A stretch of DNA of 48,119 nucleotides from a bacterium (GCA_030672255.1 DAOVGU010000137.1:1-48119); one strand, 5' to 3'; shown: positions 1-7,305, counted from the first letter of the stretch. The notes: generated from the sequence alone by a model not told the origin. A program made the numbers and translations.

Positions 1-146
1 AACTTTTCAAACATTATTCAGTAATCAGAAGTTAACATACCCCCCCATTTTCATGGGTATTCTACCCTTCATCCCTTTGAGAAAACCTATTAGAACGCAG
101 ATATAGAGACGGTTTTCAGGAGGTTGTGGGGGAATCCTGGGTTTCT

Positions 147-254
147 GAGAGATGGCAGGATTTGAACCTGCTTTGAGCCTCCACTTGGCGGTTCTCTATC
201 CGACTCGACTCTGCACCCCGCTTCCACAGCGTTTTCACAGAACGCCACATCTCC
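147..254 (-). other. tRNA-like fragment or tRNA pseudogene (T-arm plus acceptor 3' strand only)
   Basis: The minus strand reads GCAGG-TTCAAAT-CCTGC (a canonical T-arm, 155-171) followed by CATCTCT. Complementary GGAGATG (248-254) and AGAGATG (273-279) exist. The 108-133 nt between them does not fold into D and anticodon arms by eye. Confidence 0.25.
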
Positions 255-311
255 CAGTTTTAATCTCTTCTGCATCTCTTCCCGCACCAACTACATCTGT
301 ATTTATTGCCT

Positions 312-340
312 ATAAAAATTAGCGAGGCCAAAAGCCTCGC
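312..340 (-). terminator. candidate intrinsic terminator
   Basis: The minus strand has a GCGAGG-CTTTTGG-CCTCGC hairpin followed by TAATTTTTAT. It lies about 250 nt downstream of the hps-rraA stop, so the assignment is tentative. Confidence 0.25.
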
Positions 341-592
341 ACTACATTTAATCTTGTCATTCCTGTGGAAACAGGAATCTATGGATTCCCGCTTACTGAC
401 TGCGGGAATGACAGAGTAGTGTGAACTTGTAGCAAATGTCGCCCCTACAATTTTGAAATTCCATACAATAAATCAAGCCGCTACAATTACTACTGTCGAG
501 CAATCTCGACGACTACAGAAGCAGAGTAAACTCTGCCACTACAATTAGATTCCTGTTTTCACAGGAATGACACGGGATTCACTACAGTGGCT
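322..592. repeat. cluster of REP-like hairpins, each flanked by CTACA (GTAG on the other strand)
   Basis: Units are GCGAGGccaaaagCCTCGC-ACTACA (322-346), TTGTAGcaaatgtcgcccCTACAA (427-450), GTCGAGcaatCTCGAC-gACTACA and GCAGAGtaaaCTCTGC-cACTACA. Stems differ between units while the flank is conserved. Confidence 0.7.
356..412. repeat. GTCATTCC...GGAATGAC double-hairpin unit
   Basis: Sequence is GTCATTCCtgtggaaacaGGAATC..GATTCCCGCttactgactGCGGGAATGAC. Related copies lie at 548-571 and 42004-42059. Confidence 0.7.
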
Positions 593-1879
593 TTATTTTT
601 TCTCCCACTTCAGGAGTTCGGTAATTTTACTGAGGGTGCTGCCATCTCTGATTTCTTTGCGTAGCCGATTCTCCTTCTCTAAGACATCCATTGCCCGATT
701 TGTTATCTCGGCAATCTCCTTCTGAGAAATTACCACTACCCCATCATCATCTCCCACAACCCAATCTCCCGGGAAAACCCTTCTCCCTCCAACATTAACC
801 GGAACGTTCAATTCACCAAAACCTTTTGGCTCTCCAGCTGCCGGAGTAACAATTCTCGCAAAGGCGGGAAATTTTAGCTTCCTTATTTCTCCTACATCGC
901 GAATTGCCCCGTCAATCACCACCCCGGCAATCTTTTTTGCTAAACAACTATTTGTAGCCAATTCTCCCCAGACCGCGGGACCAACCCCTCCGGCATCAAT
1001 AACAATCACCTCTCCCTTTTTTGCGGCATCAACCGCCTCTACCGGTTTTGCCCAATCCCCGGGATAGGTTCTTACCGTAAAGGCTTTCCCCACCATTTTG
1101 ATTCCTTGTAAAAGAGGAGAGATTTCTTTTAGGTCTCCCTGCCGATGCAGAGCATCGGAGATATTGGCGGTAGAGACTAAAAGTAATATTTCTTTAACAT
1201 TTTCCTCGCTGACCCTTTTGTAGAGTTTGGTTTTAATTTTTTTCTTGGTTTGCATTGCCTTTTTTATTATCCGGGTGGCTTCTCTGGCGTCGGCTGCTTT
1301 GGTAATCGCTCCGCCAACAATGATAATGTCGGCTCCGACATTGAGCGCATCAACTACGTTCTCGGAATTAATTCCCCCGGCTACGGCAACAGGAAGATTC
1401 GTTCCTTCAGACAGTTTTTTTACCGCTTCAAGAGATATTTTTCCTTCCATCTGCTCGTCAATACTGATATGGATTCCGAGATAGTCAGCACCAAATTTTT
1501 CCACCTCTTTTGCCCGCTTCAAGATGGAGGAAACCCCGAGCAAATCCACCATAATTTTGGCGCCATAATTCCTACCGGCGCGAACAGCATCCTTAATTGT
1601 GCTATCTGAAGCAGCCCCCATAACACAAATGATATCTGCTCCGGCCTTTGCCGCCATTTCCACCTCGGTTCTTCCCACATCCATTGTCTTCATATCGGCA
1701 ACAGTCATATGTTTAGGAAATTTTTTCCTTACTTCCCTGACCGCATCCAGGCCGATACTCTTAATCAGAGGAGTGCCAACCTCAATCCAGTCTGCTCCTC
1801 CAGTAACTACTTCCCCGGCTACTTTGAGGGCGCGGGGTAAATCAACAAAATCCAGTGCTACCTGAAGAATTGGTTTCAT
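593..1879 (-). CDS. bifunctional 3-hexulose-6-phosphate synthase (OMP-decarboxylase fold) / RraA-like domain protein
   Basis: 428 aa. The N-terminal half (QVALDFVDL..ADWIEVGTPL..VAVAGGI) looks like HPS/HumpS. The C-terminal half (ANISDAL..GELATN..GAIRD..VVGDDDGVVV) looks like the RraA / HMG-aldolase family. Confidence 0.85.
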   Translation of the reverse strand: MKPILQVALDFVDLPRALKVAGEVVTGGADWIEVGTPLIKSIGLDAVREVRKKFPKHMTVADMKTMDVGRTEVEMAAKAGADIICVMGAASDSTIKDAVRAGRNYGAKIMVDLLGVSSILKRAKEVEKFGADYLGIHISIDEQMEGKISLEAVKKLSEGTNLPVAVAGGINSENVVDALNVGADIIIVGGAITKAADAREATRIIKKAMQTKKKIKTKLYKRVSEENVKEILLLVSTANISDALHRQGDLKEISPLLQGIKMVGKAFTVRTYPGDWAKPVEAVDAAKKGEVIVIDAGGVGPAVWGELATNSCLAKKIAGVVIDGAIRDVGEIRKLKFPAFARIVTPAAGEPKGFGELNVPVNVGGRRVFPGDWVVGDDDGVVVISQKEIAEITNRAMDVLEKENRLRKEIRDGSTLSKITELLKWEKK

Positions 1880-2128
1880 AATATGTTCGGACTATCTTCT
1901 TCAGCGGCACGTTTGTCAGGTCTCGCACCGATGGTGCTCGGTCAGGGTGCTCACATCTCGCACCCAATGCTGTCTCGTGCTCGTTATTCCTCGCACAGCA
2001 TTCCCAGCGAGTCTTTATCTTTTATGTTCTCCCCTCTGGGGAGATACAGAGGGGCGTGAGTTGCTAACAAGGCCGCTACAGAAATAGTCCTCACATTAGT
2101 GTTTATAATAAAAGCAAGGAAATTTTCC
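1880..2128. mobile_element. composite MITE-like element abutting the hps start codon
   Basis: It starts AATATGTTCGGACTATCTTCTTCAGCGGCACG directly after the CAT (ATG) of hps. The first ~75 nt are near-identical to 20147-20222. Internal modules are shared with 15990-16200. Confidence 0.6.
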
Positions 2129-2165
2129 AAGCCTTTTAGGTAATTATACCATATCTTCTCTCTGT

Positions 2166-2194
2166 TTGCCATTCTCTCTTTGGTATGATAAGAT
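2166..2194 (+). promoter_or_regulatory. candidate sigma70-type promoter for the GAD-domain gene
   Basis: TTGCCA (2166-2171), a 17-nt spacer, then TAAGAT (2189-2194). The SD GGGGGGTGA precedes the ATG at 2222. Confidence 0.3.
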
Positions 2195-2221
2195 AATTAT
2201 AAACAGGGGGGGTGAAAGATA

Positions 2222-2572
2222 ATGAAGGAGATAACGCATCTCTTCCAGGCAACAAATTCAAAGATGATTAAAGGTATTTTGGATTCCGGGGGAGTAGTCA
2301 TCGGCGCAAAAGCAGAAGGTTTTACCGGCGTGCTTTTAGAGGATACGGAGTTTGCTGCTGAACTCCAGAGAAAGGTGGAAGCCACCGGCGCAAAAGGGTT
2401 TATTTCTACCGACGAACTTCCCAAATACGGGATTTCCCGGGATGACAAAAGCATCATTGAGAAGGAGTTTGAGGCAGGAGAGAAGGATACAATAATCTTT
2501 GTTGCGGCGCCAAAAGAGGAAGCAACCAAAGCAATGGAGGTTATTGAGGCAGAGGTGGAAAAGAAAAAATAG
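2222..2572 (+). CDS. stand-alone GAD-domain protein (GatE/AspRS insertion-domain-like)
   Basis: 116 aa. GAKGFISTDELPKYGISRDD...KDTIIFVAAPKEEATKAMEVI resembles the GatE/AspRS GAD insertion domain. There is a strong SD. The antisense ORF 2197-2583 is low-complexity. Confidence 0.6.
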   Translation: MKEITHLFQATNSKMIKGILDSGGVVIGAKAEGFTGVLLEDTEFAAELQRKVEATGAKGFISTDELPKYGISRDDKSIIEKEFEAGEKDTIIFVAAPKEEATKAMEVIEAEVEKKK

Positions 2573-2619
2573 ACCGAAACCACAGATTACACTGATTGAC
2601 ACAAGATGACAGCATGGCT

Positions 2620-2710
2620 GTCATTGCGACCACGAGCGAAGCGTGGTGGGTGGCAATCCCTTACTTCTTTGAGATTGCTTCCCCTTCGTTTCACTCAGGG
2701 TCGCAATGAC
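2620..2710. repeat. GTCATTGCGA...TCGCAATGAC composite hairpin element (family R1)
   Basis: Bounded by GTCATTGCGAC and TCGCAATGAC, with GGCAATCCC / GAGATTGC modules shared with nine other loci. Confidence 0.8.
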
Positions 2711-2753
2711 ATTTCTGTGGGAATCTGGGAAATCTTGTGGTTAGAAAATTTAA

Positions 2754-3608
2754 ATGGGAAATTTGGTCAGAGAACCGGTGGTGGCGGGGCAGTTTTATCC
2801 CGCAGAGCCCGAGCAGCTGAGAAAAGCTCTTTCCTCCTATCTGGAGAGGAACTTACACCCCCACCTACCTCCTCCCCCCTTGAGGGGGAGGATAAAGGAG
2901 GGGGGAGGGGCAAAAGGAATTATTGTTCCCCATGCCGGTTATATTTACTCCGGACCGGTTGCCGGAGCAGTTTACTCCAGAATCATTCTGCCGGAGACAA
3001 TCATTCTTCTCGGGCCAAACCATACCGGGGTGGGCAAACCATTTTCTCTAATGAGGGAAGGAATCTGGAATACACCCCTCGGTAAGGTAGAGATATAAAC
3101 CTCAGTGGCTGAGGAAATTTTGAAGGATTCCCATTATCTTGAAGAGGATTTTCTGGCACATCAAGATGAGCATTCCTTAGAGGTGCAAATCCCTTTCCTC
3201 CAGGTTCTCTCTTCAGAATTTAAGATTATTCCCATTATCATCTCAGGAGGAGATGGCAAAACTCTGATGGCAATCGGAGAGGAGATTGCCGGGACATTGT
3301 TGAGATTAAAGAAAAACGTTCTTCTCATTGCCAGTTCAGATATGACCCATTATGAATCAGAAAAATCAGCCCGGGAAAAGGACGATTATGCTCTGGAGGC
3401 AATCCTGAAGTTAGATGAGGAGGAGTTACTAAAAAGGGTGGCAGAAAAAAATATCTCTATCTGCGGAGTAACTCCGGTAGTGGTGATGATTACCGCAGTC
3501 AAGAGGTTAGGAGCAAAAAAGGCAGAGTTAGTAAAATATCAGACAAGTGGGGCGGTAACCGGTGATTTAACCCAGGTAGTAGGGTATGCGGGCGTGATTG
3601 TAAGATAG
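2754..3608 (+). pseudogene. MEMO1-family / AmmeMemoRadiSam system protein B, interrupted by one in-frame TAA at 3096-3098
   Basis: ORFs 2754-3098 and 3105-3608 are in the same frame. Joined, they read VAGQFYP..IVPHAGYIYSG..LGPNH..WNTPLGKVEI*TSVAEEIL..EHSLEVQIPFLQ..SSDMTHY, a full-length Memo fold. Confidence 0.75.
2856..2910. repeat. C-rich/G-rich nested palindrome (family R3), in frame in the Memo gene
   Basis: CACCCCCACCTACCTCCTCCCCCCTTGAGGGGGAGGATAAAGGAGGGGGGAGGGG is translated as HPHLPPPPLRGRIKEGGG. A near-identical non-coding copy lies at 24361-24406. Confidence 0.85.
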
Positions 3609-3719
3609 GCAAGGAGGTTTACTTCAGCGGCACGCTCGCAGAGATGCTCGCTATGAGATGCCTCCTCTATCCTGGCTTCATACGGCATCTAATGCACGCT
3701 TAAAGTAAACCTCCTTGCC
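3608..3719. mobile_element. MITE-like element with 15-bp perfect TIR GGCAAGGAGGTTTAC
   Basis: GGCAAGGAGGTTTAC at 3608-3622 and its reverse complement at 3705-3719. The internal CTTCAGCGGCACGC module is shared with the junction elements. Confidence 0.65.
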
Positions 3720-3736
3720 TCGGTGTTAAAATATCA

Positions 3737-4699
3737 ATGCTAATCGTCATTCTCCTTCTTGCTCTCTATATTGGTTGGAACATTGGTGCCAATGATGCCG
3801 CCAATTGTGTCGGAGCGGATGTTGGCTCCGGCAAGATGAGCCTGAAGGAAGGCATCATCATCACCAGCGTTTTCAGCCTTTTAGGTGCTTTTCTCCTCGG
3901 CTCTCATGTTACCAAGACAATCGGCAAGGGAATTGTACCTCTGCATAAGTTAGACCCATCCCTTGCGCTTCTTGTTGCTCTTGCTGCTATTTTTGCGGCT
4001 GCTCTCTCGATTACCGTTGCTACCTATAAAAAACTGCCTGTTTCCACCTCCCATGCCATTGTTGGTTCAGTAGCCGGAGCAGGCCTTGCTCTTGGGGCGC
4101 CGGTAATCTGGAGCAAATTAACTGATATCTTTCTCTGCTGGCTCTTAACACCTTTAAGTGCAGGTCTCCTTAGTTATTTTCTCTATTTTTTTGCCAAAAG
4201 GCTTTTTCCAAAAATAGTTCCCGCTCACTGGCAGGAGCGGTTTTTGAGAGGATTGATCCTTTTGACGAGTGCCTATATGGCATTTATTTGGGGAGCGAAT
4301 GATGTGGCTAATGCCAGTGGTCTTCTTGTAGGCATCGGAAAAATAGATTTTTTTCCCGCAGCCATTATCTGTTCTGCGGCGATCATTATCGGTATCTGCA
4401 CCTGGGGGTATAAGGTTATTGAGACAGTTGGCTTCAGGATTACCCATCTTGCTCCTTTGATGACTGTTGTTGTAGAGATTGCGGCGGCAATCAATATTAA
4501 TCTTTTTACTCTTTTTGGCATTCCAGTCTCCACATCCCATTCCATTATTGGTGCAGTAGTTGGAGTGAGTCTAATTGAAGGGATAAAGACGGTGAATAAA
4601 AGAATCGTCAGGGATATAGTCATCGCCTGGTTGGCTACACCCTTAATTGCGGGACTATTTGCCTTTTTTATTTTGAAAACAGTGTTGCTGTTTAAATAA
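3737..4699 (+). CDS. pit: inorganic phosphate transporter, PiT family
   Basis: 320 aa, polytopic. It has the duplicated GANDAAN / GANDVANA signature of PHO4/PiT. Confidence 0.9.
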   Translation: MLIVILLLALYIGWNIGANDAANCVGADVGSGKMSLKEGIIITSVFSLLGAFLLGSHVTKTIGKGIVPLHKLDPSLALLVALAAIFAAALSITVATYKKLPVSTSHAIVGSVAGAGLALGAPVIWSKLTDIFLCWLLTPLSAGLLSYFLYFFAKRLFPKIVPAHWQERFLRGLILLTSAYMAFIWGANDVANASGLLVGIGKIDFFPAAIICSAAIIIGICTWGYKVIETVGFRITHLAPLMTVVVEIAAAININLFTLFGIPVSTSHSIIGAVVGVSLIEGIKTVNKRIVRDIVIAWLATPLIAGLFAFFILKTVLLFK

Positions 4700-4745
4700 A
4701 ATGTAACCACGAATGAACACGAATAAAACAATTCAGGAAGATGTA

Positions 4746-4899
4746 GTCATTGCGAGCGTGAGCGAAGCAATCCGACGGAGTCGTTGCGAGGAGTGAAACG
4801 ACGAAGCAATCTCAAAGAAGCGAGGGATTGCCACACTCACTTTGTTCGCTCGCAATGACAAGATGAGATTGCCACGTCGCTAATGCTCCTCGCAATGAC
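4746..4899. repeat. family R1 composite element (empty-site version)
   Basis: Almost identical to 5643-5814, but carries ACT where the other copy carries the 19-nt palindrome. Confidence 0.85.
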
Positions 4900-4961
4900 A
4901 CCTTGTGTCAGTTTCTATTCGTGTGTATTCGTGGATAAATAAAAAGCGAAGGGGGGGAATT

Positions 4962-5630
4962 ATGAGAAAAAGTAGAAATATCTTTGCCTGGTTAGGAATG
5001 AAGGAGGAGAAAGCGGTTCTGGAACATAGCCGGCAGCATATTGCCAAGGTCCTGGTTACTGTGGAGAGGTTAAATGATGCTCTTTGCGCTCTAGAAAAGG
5101 GAGATATCCCCGGGAGGGATAAAGCGATTGAGGAGTTAAAAGTTGCCGAACATGAAGGGGATGATCTCAGAAGGGAAATGATGAAGAGCCTTTCCGAGGG
5201 GTTGCTTCTTCCTCTGGATAGAGGGGACCTGATGCATTTTGTCAAGAGATTGGATAGTATCGCCGATTGGGCAAAGGGTGCGGCGAGGCTTTTAGAATTC
5301 TGCAAGAGCGACCTGCCGTCCCAGCTCCTTAAAGGGCTGCGCGAGAATAGTGATTTTATAGTTGAGGAGGCAGAAAAGTTGAATGAGGCAACAGAGTCCT
5401 TAATTCGCAATGACTCAGAAAAGGCTCTTTCCGATTGTTCTTCAGTGGAGGAGCTAGAGGAAAAAGCGGATGATAAGAAGAGAGAACTTTTGGGGATTCT
5501 TCTTGCTACTGATTTAGCGGCTCCTCAACTACTTCTTCTCTTTCAGGTTATTGAGGCGGTGGAGAATGTTAGTGATCGGATTGAGGATGCGGCAGACCTT
5601 ATCAGAATTCTGGCAGTAAAGTCAAAATAA
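4962..5630 (+). CDS. DUF47 / PhoU-like phosphate transport regulator (TIGR00153-like)
   Basis: Start moved to the ATG at 4962 behind GGGGGGGAAT; the upstream ORF extension is repeat sequence. The protein is helical and PhoU-like, and pairs with PiT. Confidence 0.75.
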   Translation: MRKSRNIFAWLGMKEEKAVLEHSRQHIAKVLVTVERLNDALCALEKGDIPGRDKAIEELKVAEHEGDDLRREMMKSLSEGLLLPLDRGDLMHFVKRLDSIADWAKGAARLLEFCKSDLPSQLLKGLRENSDFIVEEAEKLNEATESLIRNDSEKALSDCSSVEELEEKADDKKRELLGILLATDLAAPQLLLLFQVIEAVENVSDRIEDAADLIRILAVKSK

Positions 5631-5642
5631 GATTGCAACCGC

Positions 5643-5814
5643 GTCATTGCGAGCCTGAAGGCGAAGCAATCCGACGGAGTCGTTGCGAGGAGTGAAACGA
5701 CGAAGCAATCTCAAAGAAGCGAGGGATTGCCACACTCCCCCGTATTTAATACGGGGTTGTTCGCTCGCAATGACAAGATGAGATTGCCACGTCGCTAACG
5801 CTCCTCGCAATGAC
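5643..5814. repeat. family R1 composite element with nested R2 palindrome at 5737-5756
   Basis: GTCATTGCGAG...CCACACTC-CCCCGTATTTAATACGGGG-TTGTTCGCTCGCAATGAC...CTCGCAATGAC. Confidence 0.85.
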
Positions 5815-5831
5815 ATCTGTGGTTAGTTTTT

Positions 5832-6572
5832 ATGAATCAAAGGGAATTAAAGAAACTTCTTCTCAATCTCCAGAAGGGAAAAATTTCTTTAAAGGAGGCT
5901 GTTGCTCGGTTAAAGAATTTCCCCTATCTTGAGCTTGGTTTCGCTAAAGTTGACACCCATCGATCCTTGCGCCAGGGCTTTCCTGAGGTAATCTTTGGAA
6001 AAGGAAAGACAATTGAGCAATTGACGGCGATTATAGAAAAAATAAATGGGATGGAGGAAAACTTTCTGGTAACCAAGTTGGCTCCCCAGGTAGCAAAGAA
6101 AATTTTAAAGGATTTCCCTCATCTCTGTTATTTCCGAGAGGCTCAGATTCTGACCAAGAAAATCCCAAAGAAAAAGGAAGGCTCTATTGTTGTCCTTTCT
6201 GCGGGAACCTCCGATATCCCAATAGCTGAGGAGGCAGTGGTAACCGCCGAAGTCTTAGGAAATAAAGTTGTGAAAATCTACGATGTTGGGGTGGCGGGAA
6301 TCCACCGCCTCTTTAATCATTTAAATCTCATTCAGAAAGCAAAGGTACTGATCGTGGTCGCCGGGATGGAGGGAGCTCTTCCGGCGGTGGTGGGAGGGTT
6401 GGTAAGCCATCCGGTTATTGCTTTACCAACCTCGGTGGGCTATGGCGCCAGTCTGAAAGGAATTTCCGCCTTCTTAACGATGCTTAATTCCTGCTCGCCC
6501 AATGTTGCTACCGTCAATATTGATAATGGCTTTGGTGCCGGTTATCTCGCCAGCCTGATTAACCAAGGATAA
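5832..6572 (+). CDS. larB: nickel-pincer cofactor biosynthesis protein LarB (PurE-like AIR carboxylase domain)
   Basis: 246 aa. Motifs are VDTHRSLRQGFPEVIFGKGKT, then SAGTSDIPIAEEA..VAGMEGALP. Confidence 0.8.
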   Translation: MNQRELKKLLLNLQKGKISLKEAVARLKNFPYLELGFAKVDTHRSLRQGFPEVIFGKGKTIEQLTAIIEKINGMEENFLVTKLAPQVAKKILKDFPHLCYFREAQILTKKIPKKKEGSIVVLSAGTSDIPIAEEAVVTAEVLGNKVVKIYDVGVAGIHRLFNHLNLIQKAKVLIVVAGMEGALPAVVGGLVSHPVIALPTSVGYGASLKGISAFLTMLNSCSPNVATVNIDNGFGAGYLASLINQG

Positions 6573-6627
6573 CCGAAGAGATAGGAAATGTAAAAGATGA
6601 GATACATCGGTAACACTTTTTCAGAAT

Positions 6628-6657
6628 TTGACAAAAAAGAAATAATTATGATACAGT
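6628..6657 (+). promoter_or_regulatory. candidate promoter of vapBC
   Basis: TTGACA (6628-6633), an 18-nt spacer, then TACAGT (6652-6657). The SD AAGGAGGGG follows, then the ATG at 6679. Confidence 0.4.
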
Positions 6658-6678
6658 ATCATACAAAAGGAGGGGAAA

Positions 6679-6918
6679 ATGCCGAGGGAAAGTATTTATC
6701 TCCCTGAAGAGTTGGCAAAGGGAGTAGAGTTAAAAGCCAAAGAAGAAAGAATACCTTTTTCAAGAGTGGTCCAAAAGGCAATAGCCAGATTTTTAGAAAA
6801 AGATAAAACGGAGAAGGCAAAAACCGATATTCTTTTCATCCTTTCTAAAAAAGCTTTAGGAATGTCATGGAAAGAATTGCATAAAGAAAGGACAAAATCT
6901 GATGTTGACCGGGATTGA
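6679..6918 (+). CDS. vapB: ribbon-helix-helix (CopG-like) antitoxin
   Basis: 79 aa. The N-terminus is RHH-like (SIYLPEELAKGVELKAKEERIPFSRVVQKAI). It overlaps the PIN gene by 17 nt. Confidence 0.7.
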   Translation: MPRESIYLPEELAKGVELKAKEERIPFSRVVQKAIARFLEKDKTEKAKTDILFILSKKALGMSWKELHKERTKSDVDRD

Positions 6919-7276
6919 TACAGGTTTCTTCTACGCTTTAGGAGATAAGAGGGCAGAGGCATTGCAAATTTGGAAGAAGGAGCAATTAGTTGTTTCTGTT
7001 ATAACAGTATACGAATTAGAGAAAGCTTTCTTAAAAGGTGCTTTCCCAGATTGGTCAAGATTTTTGGAAAGATTAAAAGAGGCCTGCACAATTGTCCCTG
7101 TGAACTTAGAGGCATCTCTGAGAGCTTCCCACATATCCCAGGGAACAGGGATTCCTGCATTAGATGCCTTGATTCTTGCTTCCTTGTTAGAAACCGGATG
7201 CAAAAAGATTTTAACCAAGGATCCTCATTTCTTAGAATATAAGAAAAAAGGGCTAAAAATTACCATTATTAAATGA
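6902..7276 (+). CDS. vapC: PIN-domain toxin
   Basis: 124 aa. The acidic PIN residues are in the expected spacing: IDTGFF, YELEK, ALDALI, TKDPHF. Confidence 0.8.
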   Translation: MLTGIDTGFFYALGDKRAEALQIWKKEQLVVSVITVYELEKAFLKGAFPDWSRFLERLKEACTIVPVNLEASLRASHISQGTGIPALDALILASLLETGCKKILTKDPHFLEYKKKGLKITIIK

Positions 7277-7305
7277 AAACTATTACCATATTGAGATTTA
7301 GGCAT

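Noticed and set aside
147-279. tRNA-Sec, tmRNA or SRP RNA as the identity of the tRNA-like region
   Set aside because: The acceptor does not start GGGG with the tmRNA-type G-U. No UCA anticodon loop sits in a plausible position, and 8/5 or 9/4 Sec geometry cannot be formed. The GGAA-containing stretch lacks the conserved SRP domain IV loops.
90-290. 66-aa ORF on the minus strand
   Set aside because: It overlaps the tRNA-like T-arm/acceptor sequence. It has no RBS and no recognisable protein features.
1227-1865. Three plus-strand ORFs (85-119 aa) antisense to hps-rraA. Similar antisense ORFs lie at 2197-2583, 4154-4731, 4880-5410, 12192-12647, 15220-16053 and 44172-44621.
   Set aside because: All lie opposite genes with clear family signatures and are low-complexity translations. 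The 277-aa one mirrors the coiled-coil region of mlaD.
2856-2910. Inteins, introns or programmed frameshift sites as the explanation for the in-frame inserts
   Set aside because: The inserts are 17-70 nt, far too short for inteins or self-splicing introns. They preserve the frame and have identical non-coding copies. Repeat insertion explains them.
2606-3085. 159-aa ORF overlapping the Memo gene start
   Set aside because: It begins inside an R1 repeat and is translated through the R3 palindrome. The Memo frame has clear family motifs.
3096-3098. Genome-wide TAA reassignment
   Set aside because: It is the only in-frame stop seen in about 40 genes, and many genes here clearly terminate at TAA. 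A local mutation or error is more parsimonious.
5622-5816. ORFs composed of repeat sequence (also 15986-16204, 17086-17292, 22266-22508, 24164-24355, 43968-44385)
   Set aside because: They are translations of R1/R4 repeats (recurrent SLRGA.., CHCEE.., FFGGTLD.. peptides) with no independent coding evidence.
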